Below, piece after piece: positions 51,853 to 63,306 of a DNA stretch of 64,000 nucleotides. A model generated the notes under the pieces. It was given only the letters and a program-made list of their open reading frames with translations. It was not told the DNA's origin and ran no database searches. The DNA is from Macrostomum lignano. Its lineage: Eukaryota. Every line of letters starts with the position of its first letter. Positions within the stretch are counted from its first letter, which is position 1. The DNA lies in contig NIVC01003070.1 in NCBI GenBank assembly GCA_002269645.1, forward strand, positions 1,903-65,902, read 5' to 3'. The position numbers and the translations under genes were made by a program.

Positions 51853-53088
51853 TTATAACTTCTCAACATAATTTCCACCCAATTCGGAGCACTTTTGCAG
51901 GCGCTGGAACCATGCATCGAAGCACCGCCTGAGATCAGCTTTGGTGAAGCTGTCCAGCTCAGCTTGCAGCGCAAAAACCAGCTCCTCCCTGGAGTCAAAG
52001 CGCTTCCCCTTCAGATTTTTCTTTATTCTGGGAAAGAGGAAGAAGTTAGCAGGCGCCAGGTCCGGCGAATATGCCGGATGCGGCAGCTGGACGAGCTCGG
52101 TCGCCTGAAGGAACTCCTGGGTCACTCGTGCCCGGTGCGCGGGAGCGTTGTCTTGATGGAGGAAGATGCCTTTGTCAAGCGTCTTCGGCCGCTGTTGTGC
52201 AAGCGCCTGCAGAACCTGAGGCAAACAGACGGTGCTGTACCATTCTGCTGTCACTGTGGCGCCTTGCTGCAGCAGCACTGGCGGCAGGATGCCACTGCGT
52301 CGGAAGAAAACGGCCGCCATCAATTTCCCGACGCTGCGCTCGCGACGAAATTTGAGAGGAGCATCTTCCTCGATGGTAACCCACTGCCGACTCTGCTCTT
52401 TGGTCTCTGGGTCATAGAAGTAGACCCATGTTTCGTCGCTAGTGAGGATGTTATCCACCAACTTTGAGCGGCCTTCGTCAAACCTGGCCGCCATGAGGTC
52501 GGCAAACTCAACTCGGGCTCGCATCTGGTCAGCGCTGAGCTGGTGGGGTACCCAGCGAGCGGACAGCTTCCTCATGCCGAGGTGCTGGTGCAGGATCTTA
52601 ATGATGGTGGAATCCGACACCCCGACGAGCTGCTCCAACCAGCGAATCGTCACTCGCCGATCTTCGTCCACGTGGCGTCGAACAGCAGCAACGACTCCGT
52701 CGGACACGGCCGAACTCGGCCGCCCCTCGCGAGGATCGTCGTCCAGAGTGGCCGAGCCACAGCGGAAGCACGCAAACCACTCATACACCATCGACTGGGA
52801 TGGTGCTTGATCCTGAAGAGCCTCACGCAGCGTCTGGAGGCAGGTGGCCGCAGAGCTGCCCAGCCGAAACTGTACCAGGATCGCCACTCGCCTGTCGCGG
52901 TCAGTCAGCTGTGGCAAGGGGGCACTTTTTCAGCCAAACTTTGGCCACTGCGGCGGATCATTGCGACCGATTAAGCTGAAATTTTACAAGCAAACGAAGA
53001 ACATCCAACCCTAACTGCTGGTCAAGTTTCGTTTAATTGGCGCGTTTTTAAGCTGCATTTTCCGGGAACTTAATAAGCACCCTTCGTA
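51853..53088 (-). mobile_element. Mariner (Tc1/mariner) element with a 354-aa transposase ORF (51853-52917), D,D34N triad and one TIR only
   Basis: WVPHQL, TSDETW, HQDNAPAH, YSPDLAPANFFLF. The left end is TA|CGAAGGGTGCTTATTAAGTTCCCGGAA at 53088-53060. No right TIR follows the stop. Confidence 0.92.
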
Positions 53089-53114
53089 GATGACTTCTTC
53101 CCTGAAAATCAGGA

Positions 53115-53520
53115 ATGTCCTCGGGAGGTGAAGGTAAGCGCGGAAGTCACGGTGCAATACGCACATGTCCGCTCTGCTCTTTCAAAGTTCGGGGGGATGA
53201 AATAGTGCAGCATTGTCAGTCAGTGCATAACCTGAAGTGCGAAATGAGGCTAAAAGCGATCGAATTGTTTACTCTGTATGAGGCTAAAGCCAGTACAAAT
53301 CGCGGAAAAGGAAACCTAGGGATCCTTTTGTGCCCATTTTGCCAATTTGTCAGTGAAGAGTTTGAAAAAACATCTTATTAAGGAGCATCCTACTGAAGAT
53401 AGGAAAAAGCTCCGCGGGAAAGCGTTTGTGGCCCACAGCCGCAAACGATTTCTGGATTACATGGATTACCTGCGTTCTTACATTGCAAGCGGCCAGACAG
53501 GCCAGCTCGGCCTTGTCTGA
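53115..53520 (+). CDS. Small two-C2H2-like zinc-finger ORF (about 134 aa if one A is removed at 53365-53370)
   Basis: CPLC..HCQSVH and CPFC..EK[H]LIKEH, the latter completed only by a -1 correction in an A6 run. Stop at 53518-53520. Confidence 0.4.
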
Positions 53521-53560
53521 GTCGGGAGACCAGGCTAATCCAGTATAATCCTAATCCTGG

Positions 53561-54060
53561 CTAAAGACTGGTGCCCGCAGACAAAGAGTTCTCAGTGTCT
53601 CCATTGGCGTCATTCTCGTCTTCCTTAATAATATCAGCCAGGCTACCGAAGCATGCGTTTCTGTGGCGGTAGAGAAGATCCTTCTTTATGAATTGAAAGC
53701 ATCGATGACAGGGAAGAAAACTCGCTGGAGAACTTTCATCGTCCTTTTGTCTCCTTGTAATTATCAATTCACCTTCTCGTTTTGCGAAAACCATTTTATT
53801 GTGAATATAATTGCCTTCACTTCAAGGGCCTTTAATGCCTCTCTACGAATGGACTCACGGCGGATCTGCTGCAAGCGCTTAACGTCAGATTCTGCTTTAT
53901 GAGCTGTTTTGTAGTGCCGAGAGATTTTTGTCAACATTTTGCCACAATATTTGCAATAATGCAGCTTTGTTGTCTTTTGACAAGCTTTTGCAAAACAACA
54001 CTGCATCCTGCGTCATCCTCAGCCTTTAAGGAAACAGGTAGAGTAATTGAGACACCTTTT
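53561..54060 (-). pseudogene. N-terminal Cys/His region typical of CryptonV-type tyrosine-recombinase transposon proteins
   Basis: KLHYCKYCGKMLTKISRHYKTAHKAESDV..R..LEVK[G]NYIHN..GELIITRR..FLPCHRCFQFIKKDLLYRHRNAC, with one frameshift near 53815. No recombinase core is adjacent. Confidence 0.55.
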
Positions 54061-55169
54061 TCTTCAATCCGCGCGGAACTAACATTGACATTAGCTGAAA
54101 ATGTCACCTGATCACCATCTTCAGCATTCGCAGTTACAAAAATCAGCGAGTTGGGACGGCATTGAATGCGCAGAAAAATCTTGAACCACAGACAAGGCAT
54201 TCATCTGAGGATAAAAATTCGAATTGACTGCAGCAAAATTTTCGTAATTTGAGCAACCAACTACAGCTCCAGCTGAACAATCAGTTCCAGTATTGCTTTC
54301 CAGATGATATGGATCATTATCATTAAAAGCAAAAGCTAGAGCCCCAAAATGTGGCTCACAGCACGACTTCGGATTTGAGACCGGTTGTAATTTGCATCTT
54401 CAGAACAATACACACACCACTGGTGCATAAAACAACTGATCGATTTCGCGACCACTTGGCGGCTGACCAACTGTCTGGCTGAAGCCGGCTGGAGGCTGCT
54501 GTTGAGCAGGCGGAATGGCACTAGCTAGTTCAGCGACAAGGCTTGAACCAGTGGCGTCTGTGCTTGCGGAGACCGCATTCAAGTTCTGCTCAATCCGCGA
54601 CGCATCAGCGGAACTCGGCTTCAGAAGCGGTGTGAAAGTTTTGTAGTGTAGACACACCTCATGAACGCAATCATTGACTGAGCAAAGTTTCACATATTCC
54701 CAAACTCAAACTTAAGCTACTTAGAAAGCTATTCTGTTTTGTTTATTTAGAGAGAGCTATACTTTGCTGGCTCAACTACAAGAACCATTTTCTAGTCACA
54801 GACAGTAGCCGCGTTAAAAAACAGACTATTTCCCATTAAGTGCGTCACAATAAATGCCTCTAACATCACATCCCGCACAATGTTGTCCCAATAAGTGCCC
54901 CATATTTGAGCTTTGCTCGTATTTACCAGTGCAATGTGTGTATGTGTTTTTCTGTCCTGTTGATGCTGCTTAAAAATGTGTTCTGTTTTTCTTTCCTAGT
55001 CATGTGTAAATAATAAAGTTAATATGTGCTCTATATATATCTGTTTGTTCTATATCTTTATGCGAATGCAACTTGGCTGCAGAGCGACTGATATTTATAC
55101 TGATCTGGTAAATGTTTTAGCTAACTCTGCTCCATCATTTGACACAGTTGCCCGCTAGGTGCGCCATTT

Positions 55170-55560
55170 CTCAGAAGGCCGGGACAGCTTCAACGATGAG
55201 CCGAGGTCTGGCTGACCCCGGACATCCGTGGCCGAAGATGTCGTGGCCCGTGCCGATCCAAAAATTCGTGAGGATCGGAGCATTAAGCTGAGATTCCTTG
55301 CCTATGAGCTTGGTGTCAGCTATGGAAGTGCTCATAACATCATGCATGAGCAACTTGGCCGCACAAAGACCTGCGCTCGATGGGTACCCCATCCTCTCAC
55401 TCCAGAGCAGCAAGCAGAGAGGGTGCGCATCTGTCGCTTGTGGGTGCAAATGTTTGAGCCCCACGGCCCACGACGACTGTCGGATGTCGTCACAGGAGAC
55501 GAATGTTTGATCTCCTTTACCATGAAGGATAATCAGGCTGGAAGAAGATGAGCCTAGGCC
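55170..55560 (+). pseudogene. Mariner transposase fragment
   Basis: GRDSFNDEPRSG*PRTS...CARWVPHPLT...VVTGDE; truncated before the second Asp. Confidence 0.85.
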
Positions 55561-55649
55561 CGAGGTGCTAAAGACCGGATTCCGCAGTTGGAGGCGGATG
55601 TTCACCATTTTTTAAAACTCTCAGGCTGCTGTAGGAGCCTTCTACCTCG

Positions 55650-55980
55650 CAAGCACCCAATACTGGTATAGCTACCTCGCAAAATTCGCTGACATGCTTC
55701 TAAATAGTGCAAGAACTGCGGGATCCGCGAATGCGCTTGTTGGTAATAAAAGGAGTTGCAAACAATTTGCAGCAAGAGACAGGAACCCAGCTTGAAAAAA
55801 CACTTCTGTTTTTCTACTTGTCTTGTACGGCTCACAACTAGCGTCCGTCCTGTCCACTCCTCTCATGCTTTGATAATAGTCCAAAGCTGTCTGTGCCTTC
55901 AGCAGCTGCTGCTCCTGACCGCCTCGCTGAGCCCTTGTAACTTGCACACAGTTGGCCGTGCCAGCACTGTCTAGCATGTA
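55650..55980 (-). pseudogene. piggyBac transposase C-terminal remnant
   Basis: KAQTALDYYQSMRGVDRTDASCEPYKTSRK matches the KP.v.dYn..MgGVD..D...y...Rk block. It is followed by a frameshifted IVCNSFYY segment. Confidence 0.7.
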
Positions 55981-56859
55981 GACGGTTTTTAGACTAGAGG
56001 CTAAGCTCGCCGATCCACTATCTCACGGCAGGCAGATCCCCACGCCTAGAAAAGGTGTTGAATGGTGGGTTCAACACCTGCTGCTTCAATGCAGCTTTCT
56101 TTTTTAATTTGCGTAGCAGCCCTGTCTGCTCTAGCGTTTGTCCAGTCGCACAAGCTTTGCAGAGAACGTATTAAAACTATTGCATTCATGACTGCGATAA
56201 CCAAAAAAAATTGTCTATGTCGAGCATAGAGATGTCTGGATCTCTATGCTTGCAATGTTTTTCTCATTTCAATACGCAGTGAATAAGATGAATATACGAG
56301 GCAATACATGTCTATGGTAAAACTTTTGAATTCGGTTTGTCGATGTAAAGCTCTCACGCTCACACCAATCCTGGCCTGCTTCTGGAAGTGGCTGGTAGCT
56401 ATTTTAGCAGACTCCGACAACTCGATCTGCTAGCCATACACAGCTGTGTATGAAGCTAGAATTATAATGCAAGCAACTTATACGTATAAGATAATACATC
56501 CCTCAACTCTATGTGTCATCTCACTTAAATTCCTGCGGCCGAGCCTGCGGCCCCTGCGGCCGAGCCTGCGGCCCCTGCGGCCGAGCCTGCGGCCCGAGCC
56601 TGCGGCCCTCGGGGCTTAAATAAATACATCCCTCAACTCTATGTGTCATCTCACTTAAATTCATGCGCTAAAAATACAACCCGCTAATTTATATAACAGC
56701 TAGTAAAAATTCTCCGGGTTGTATGTAATTACAACCCGCAAATTGGCCATAGACATCAATACTGTATTGGGGGTGTATTCTATACCATAGACATATTTTA
56801 TAAAGACAGACAGAGGACAGATAAATAGCTGGAAAGCCTCACTCCATAACAATCGTCCT

Positions 56860-57203
56860 CGAATCGTCCAATTGGCAAAAACACCCTGGCAAAGTTTCTG
56901 CATGAAATGTGCACTGAAGCCGAGATTTCTGGCCACAAGACTAATCATAGTCTACGCGCTACGTGTGCTACACGTCTTTACCAAGCTGGCGTTGAAGAAC
57001 AGCAAATAATGGAACGAACAGGCCACCGAAGTTTGGCTGGAGTCCGCACGTACAAGCGGACGTCCGACATTCAAATAGCCAATTCCTGCGCTGTATTGGA
57101 CGCTAAAATACTACGTGAGGCTGAGACAGACGCAGCTAGCGTCCGCGGTGAGCGTCAGCTGAATTTCAGTTTTAATAACTGCTCAGTCATCATCAAAAAT
57201 TGA
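56860..57203 (+). pseudogene. Crypton-type tyrosine recombinase C-terminal catalytic fragment (DUF3504/ZMYM-like)
   Basis: PIGKNTLAKFLHEMCTEAEISGHKTNHSLRATCATRLYQAGVEEQQIMERTGHRSLAGVRTYKR contains HxxR, H and Y. The upstream frame is broken by stops. Confidence 0.85.
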
Positions 57204-57619
57204 TTACAAGCATGCAATGAACCCAACTGTTAGTAACTAAAAACTGATTAACCTTAAGCCGAAACTAACCAACTAATCTAAGTAAACTAAGCTACTTTGC
57301 TGCCTACTAATAAGACCCGAAATTTTCTTTTTCCAGTTAGTTATATTCATAATCTCGTTTTTTGTCATCCAGAATGAAATATAAAATATACAACCCGAAA
57401 AATACAAATTCTAGCTCGGTGTTTTGTGTCTATGGTAAAAATACATCCCGGAAAAGAGCTTCGCAGGGATTTAACGATATTTTCACCCCATCACACTACT
57501 TCCTACTGATGCCTACTAATGTTTCCATTTTTTGACAGCCCTATGAGAGGGAGTGGGGTGAAAACTTGATCTGGCAGAATTTTTCAGCTTTTACATCTAT
57601 AGCAGCAGAGCTGCTACAT

Positions 57620-59260
57620 GAGGCTATGGGGTGAGCAAAAATAGACGCGGGAGGCTAATGGTTAAGAGTAAAAATACGTGACCGAATATTTCTACAATTT
57701 TCAAGTTTATCTGTGAGGGAATACCTAAAGGCTTCCTAATCAGCGCACCAGAAGCTCTTGGTCGTTTATGGGCTAACTCAGAGTTGGGATCTAGATAAAC
57801 TTTAGTAACTATTAGGAAGTGATCACTGTCGATGTCATAACCTACCAGCACCTCACTAACAAGCTGAACAAGTTTGGGAGAGCAAATTCCTAGTTCTGAC
57901 GCGTTCCCTCCCCTATAGTTAATCACCAGATACCAGGGACCAAAGATCACCAAAGGAATTGAAGATCGCAGGAGGGCCATGGTGGTGTTCCAGCCGTTCA
58001 ATCAACTGTTTCCCGGGGAAGCGCTGTCACTGCCCAGGATGGGATGCCGACAGTTCAGATCCCCCATGAGAATTGATTTGGGGTAAGCAAGCAGGTGCTC
58101 TAGGATGTCCAAATTAAGCCTATCAGTGGTGGAGGCCCTATACAGTAGAGACACCTGCATGATATCGATGGTTTTATTGTTAAGGTGGACATTAAAACGA
58201 ATTCATAGTTGGAGTTGTCAAAGTATTTGTTAACGCCTGAGATTTAGGGTGTTTAAATAGGCAACTGCCAGTCCTCTGCGACACTCAGGTACATCGTACC
58301 TGATGATGGCGTACCCTTGGACAAAAACGTTATTTTTGTTAGAATGAGTTTCAGAAAGAGACCAATGTCAATTTCCTCATTATACCCGTACAGCCACATT
58401 TTAATCTCAGATTTTGTTGCTCAGCTTATTACAGTTAATGTTCCCAATGTTGAGGGTAAGTTAGAATTAGGGTGGCCAGAGGTGGTAGCAGGGATCGTTT
58501 GTATTATTGGTAGCCATTGCGAATTGAAATAAATTATTTAAAGTCAGTTCAGGACTCGGTTCCGCACACCGAGGTGACTTCAGCTTCACCTACCTGACTG
58601 CGGGCTCTCTTGGGCACAAGAAGTCGCCAGAAATTCCCTTAATATACGGGCTGCAAGCTGGCTTGCTTCCCATGTAGTAAGCGATTTACCCGGATTGATC
58701 TCCTTAAGCCTGTTGAGGGCCCTCAGTACTATCTCCAGGACCTCACTTTAATAAAAACCCTGCTCACCGCTTGCAGAGTCCGCAGTCTTGGTAGCAGGCG
58801 CAGTTTGGGTGGTCGCAGGATCGCTACTCTCAACCCACTGACCTAGTACACCGGAAAGATCTCCTGAAGTCCCGGGCCTTAACTAGGATCCCCCTGTCTA
58901 TGTCTAAAGCCCCCTGACTAAATTTTCTTCTAAGCTCCATTACTCTGCTATGCTCACGCTCAGTTTCCAGCTTGTTAGGTAATTTTATTTAATTTCTCGA
59001 ATTTGTAGAAGGTTGAGTGATCGAGGCCCCAATTCGCGCACTTAAAGCCCGTGTCCATTAGGCAGTCTCCTGAGAAATGCTCCCTAGCGCACTTGCACCT
59101 GAACTGAGCAGCCGCCCTCCCCCCGGCTTTCAAGGTGGCCGAGGCCTTGGCACCTGCGGCACTGGACCTCTTTCAACGGTGGCAGGCAGCGCAATTCTTC
59201 GCATTTATATCTTATCGAGCGTAGTTCAGTTCCGTTTTTAAGCATTATCCGAAAGTAGAT
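57620..59260 (-). mobile_element. Degenerate Jockey/I-type LINE fragment: ORF1 zinc knuckles plus ORF2 AP-endonuclease, RT absent
   Basis: ORF1: QCRRCQGLGH, KCAREHFSGDC, KCANWGLDH (about 59000-59150). APE motifs: LNIGNINCNKL, SETH, GYAIIRYD, ILMGDLNCRH, DSDHFLI. Stops and frameshifts are present. Confidence 0.85.
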
Positions 59261-59278
59261 TTACTTCTGGTAAATTCG

Positions 59279-62200
59279 TGCGAGTTCAGGGGGTTTCGAG
59301 AAGAAGCTCTCCGAGACTGTTTCGTCTGCGGTCTTCGGGACCAGCGGACCCAGCAGCGACTCCTGATGGAGGAGAAGCTCACGCTGGATGCGGCCAAGAA
59401 AATTGCCCTCGCGGCGGAGATTGCAAAGTCGGAAACTGAGCAATGGAAATCGAGCTCAGAGGTCAGCTCAGTCCAGCAGGTAGCGCCAGACTCTAAGGCG
59501 TGCTACAGGTGCGGATTCAAAGGCCACCTGTCGGCAGCCTGCCACTTCAGGACCGCAAAGTGCCACAACTGCGGGAAAGTTGGACACCTGCAGAAAGTTT
59601 CCGCTCAGCCAAGAAAGCCTCCAGTACAACGAAAGCCGGACGGCCAGAGAACGGACCAGCGCACGCAATGCAAACGGAAGAGGAGGAGGAAGCAGCAACT
59701 GGCTGGATTTCGCAAGTCACTGCATCGGCCAAGAAAATCAGCGTAAGCCTGCTGATAAATGACCAGTCCCTCACCATGCAGCTGGACACCGGTGCCTGCG
59801 TCAGCCTCGTACCGGAGTCGGTGTGGAAGCAGCTCGGCCGACCTCCGCTGACACTAACATGCCTGCGACTCCGGACCTGGACGGGCGAGCCAATACAAGT
59901 CAAGGGAACAGCCGAGGTCAGGGTCAACTACGACGGAAGACAGCATGATAAGCTGCCGCTGGTGGTCACCAGTCAGACCGGAGCCTGCCCATTGCTAGGA
60001 CGCAATTGGCTGGAAAAAGTGCGACTCAACTGGACTCAGTTGTTTGCCAACCAGATCAGCCAGGCGCCGGCGCAGAACAGCGGGCCTCTCGACCAAATGC
60101 TGGAGGAGTTCGCTGATGTTTTAGACGAGAGCCTGGGGCAGTTGAAGGATCAGACAGTCGCACTGAGACTCAAAAGTGACGCACAGCCTCGATTCTGCAA
60201 GGCCAGACCCGTGCCATTCGCAGTGCGGGACAAGCTGGAGCTCGAGCTCCAGGACATGCTCAACAAAGGCATCATCCGCCCGGTGATCTACAGCGAGTGG
60301 GCTACGCCAGTGGTTCCGGTACTCAAGGCGGACGGCTCAGTCCGACTGTGCGGCGACTATAAACTGACGTTGAGCCCTCAGCTCCACATCGACCAATACC
60401 CGCTGCCTACGCCTGAAGAGCTTTACGAGCAGGTGGGACAGGGTCAGCTGTTCTCAAAACTCGATCTGTCACAATGTTATCTTCAGTTTCCACTCGACGA
60501 AGAGAGCTGCAAGCTGACGACCATCAACACGCATAAAGGGCTTTTCGAGTACCTCCGGTTGCCATTTGGCGTCAGTTCGGCACCTGCGATTTGCCAGAGG
60601 CTGATGGAAACACTTTTGAAGGGCGTGCCGGGAGTCTGTTTCCGCATTGATGACATCCTGGTCTCCAGTCCGTCAATGAGTGAGCACCTAGCAGCGCTTC
60701 GCGAGGTACCGACCAGGCTGAGAGCGGCGGGCTTGCGGCTGAAGCGAATCAAGTGCAAATTTCTGCAAGAAGTCGAATACCTGGGCTCGTTGCTGAGCAA
60801 GGACGGAGTCAAGAAGCTACCTCAGAAGGTGGAAGCAATAGTCAACAGCCCGAAGCCAGCGACAGTATCAGAGCTGCGATCATTCTTGGGCCTCGCAAAC
60901 TACTATGCTCGACATGTCAAGACTTCTCCACGATCGCTGCTCCTCTGTATCAACTGTTGAGGAAGGAGACGGACTGGCGGTGGGCTGAGACGGAGGACCG
61001 AGCCTGGGACCATCTTAAGCAAGAACTGAGTTCGGACAGCGTGCTGACGCATTTCAACGAGCAGCTTCCAGTGGTGGTGGCCGCGGATGCTTCATCGGTA
61101 GGCATTGGCGCGGTGCTGTCCCACACGATGGAGGACGGCTCGGAACGGCCGGTGACTTTTGCTTCAAGGACTCTGTCAGCAGCGGAGCGAAATTACTCGC
61201 AAATTGAGAAAGAAGGCCTCGCCATCGTGTTCGCTATCAAGCGGTTCCACCAGTACCTGTTCGGCCGGAGCTTCACGATAATTACGGATCATCAAATCAT
61301 CAAACCGTTGACGATTTTCGGACCGAAGGTTGGCATCTCCCCGACTGCAGCAGGGCGACTTCAGAGATGGGCACTGCTGCTGTCAGGGTACAGCTACAGC
61401 ATCCGGTTCCGCAAGACTGCTCAGCACAGCAACGCAGACGGCCTGTCTCGCTTGCCCCTGCAGATGAAGGACGACAGCCCAGACGACGACGATCGGGTCT
61501 GTCAGCTGACGGGCGAGTTCCCATTGACGGCGGCGGATGTAGCGGCAGCAACGAAGCAAGATGACGAGCTCCGAGATGTTCTCCGGATGATGACTGGCTG
61601 GCCAGAGTTGGTTCCGCCGCGGCTCAAGCCCTACTTTCGTCGTCGACTAGAACTAAGCGTGGAAGACGGCTGCGTGATCTGGGGAACTCGCGTACTGGTT
61701 CCGGAAGCGTTGCGACCTGGAGTTCTGCGCGAGTTACACGTGGAACATTTCGGCATGGCCCGGATGAAAAGTGTCGCCAGAACCTCCGTCTGGTGGCCAG
61801 GAATGGATGCTAACATCGAGTCGGTTGCCAGCAGCTGCCAAGCCTGCCAATCCGTTAAGTTGCGTCCGGTGCTGGCTCCACTGCACCCCTGGGTGTGGCC
61901 AGACCAGCCCTGGGACCGCATCCACGTTGACTTTGCCGGGCCGGTTCGAGGCCGCCAGTTTCTCCTCGTAGTCGACGCGCACTCAAAGTGGCCGCATGTG
62001 GAGGCCGTGTCAACACTCGAATCGGCCGAGCTGGTTCGCAAGCTGCGAGTGTTGTTTGCACAATGGGGCCTGCCGAGAGAACTGGTATCGGACAACGGTC
62101 CAGCATTCATCAGCCAAGGATTTAGCGATTTCTGCAAAGCAAATGGAATTCGCCACACAAGAAGCAGTCCATATCACGCCAAGACCAACGGACTTGTGGA

Positions 62201-62837
62201 ACGGCTGGTGAAGTCGTTCAAGATGGCCATGGAGGCGTCACGGAGCAGTCAGCCGGACCTCCACATCCGCCTGTGCAACTGGCTGCTGGGCTACCGAGCT
62301 AGCCCGCACCCAACGACCGGCCGGACACCAGCGGAGCTCTTCTGAAGCGGCAGCTCCGGACTCGAATGGACCTGCTGTGGCCGTCAGCTCGGGATCGAGT
62401 ACTGCGGGAGCAATCTGCCCAGAAACGACAGCACGACCGGCGGTCGCGGGAGCTGCCGGAGGAGCCGTGGTCGGAGGCCTGGGCCAGGGACTACCGGCCT
62501 AATGCGGCGGCCTGGCAACCAGCAAAAGTTCTCGAGCAGACTGGGCCGCTGAGCTTCCGAGTCGAAACGAGCGACGGCCTGACCTGGCGCCGTCATGCCG
62601 ACCAACTGCGGGCCGGCGAGTCGAGAGCGACGAACCTGACGGTCCAGCAGCCGGGACCGAGGCAGCTGAGGCTGCGGACTCGACCGGGACCGGCGCGGAG
62701 GACCCGGAGCCGGAGCCGCCAGACGCGCCCTGCGGACTGCAGCCTGCACGCCGGCGACGGCCACCTGAGAAGCTGACCTACTCGCAACTCGGGAGCTGTG
62801 ATTGATAGGGAGCGGACTTCTTCTGAGAGGGGAAAAG
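59279..62837 (+). mobile_element. 5'-truncated Ty3/gypsy LTR retrotransposon (Mag/K02A2.6-like), gag-pol 59279-62805 with frameshifts
   Basis: Gag LRDCFVCGL with two CCHC knuckles; protease LDTGA; RT YPLP..RIDDILV; RNase H ADASSVGIGAVL; integrase HHCC, HVDFAGP, SDNGPAF, NGLVER. PPT GAGAGGGGAAAAG is followed by TGTCA at 62838. Frameshifts near 59600, 60920, 62343 and the C-terminus. Confidence 0.93.
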
Positions 62838-63306
62838 TGTCATGACTTGATTATTAAATTCAAGCAGCCAATGAAATTCATGGGGGAATAACCCAATTTT
62901 TAGGAAGCCTTGGCCATAGACTCACTTTCAGATGAGCCATCCTTTCTATTCCTTCATCCATGATGTAGTCCCCGTTTTAATTATATTGGCTGGGTGAGTT
63001 TATAAATATTTATCCCGCTTCAACTTTAGTGGTTTTCGCTTGAACGCGAGGGAAGTCTAAATCAGTTCCTTTCAAGTTTTTTCTCGTGGAAAAACTAGGA
63101 ATTTACGATGTATTTATAGTCCCACTAACCCTACAGCCTAAACAGCTGACTGGTTCTAAGATCTATGGTCGACACAAGTAGTGTTTTTAAAATCGGTCTT
63201 TAAATCTCACGGCTGCCACCTATGTTGTATCTGTGGTTCTCAGGTTGTGCTAGCACGGAGCTCTTGGGTTTTCTCAGGAATCTATTTATCAGTAGCGTTG
63301 GTAGTT

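Noticed and set aside
53561-57203. CryptonV-like N-terminus and recombinase core as one split element
   Set aside because: They lie on opposite strands, are separated by mariner and piggyBac remnants, and the catalytic fragment looks like a different Crypton lineage.
62838-63175. Complete 3' LTR of the gypsy element
   Set aside because: The PPT and TG start are clear, but there is no 5' LTR to compare and no TSD, so the end (possibly GACA near 63173) cannot be fixed.
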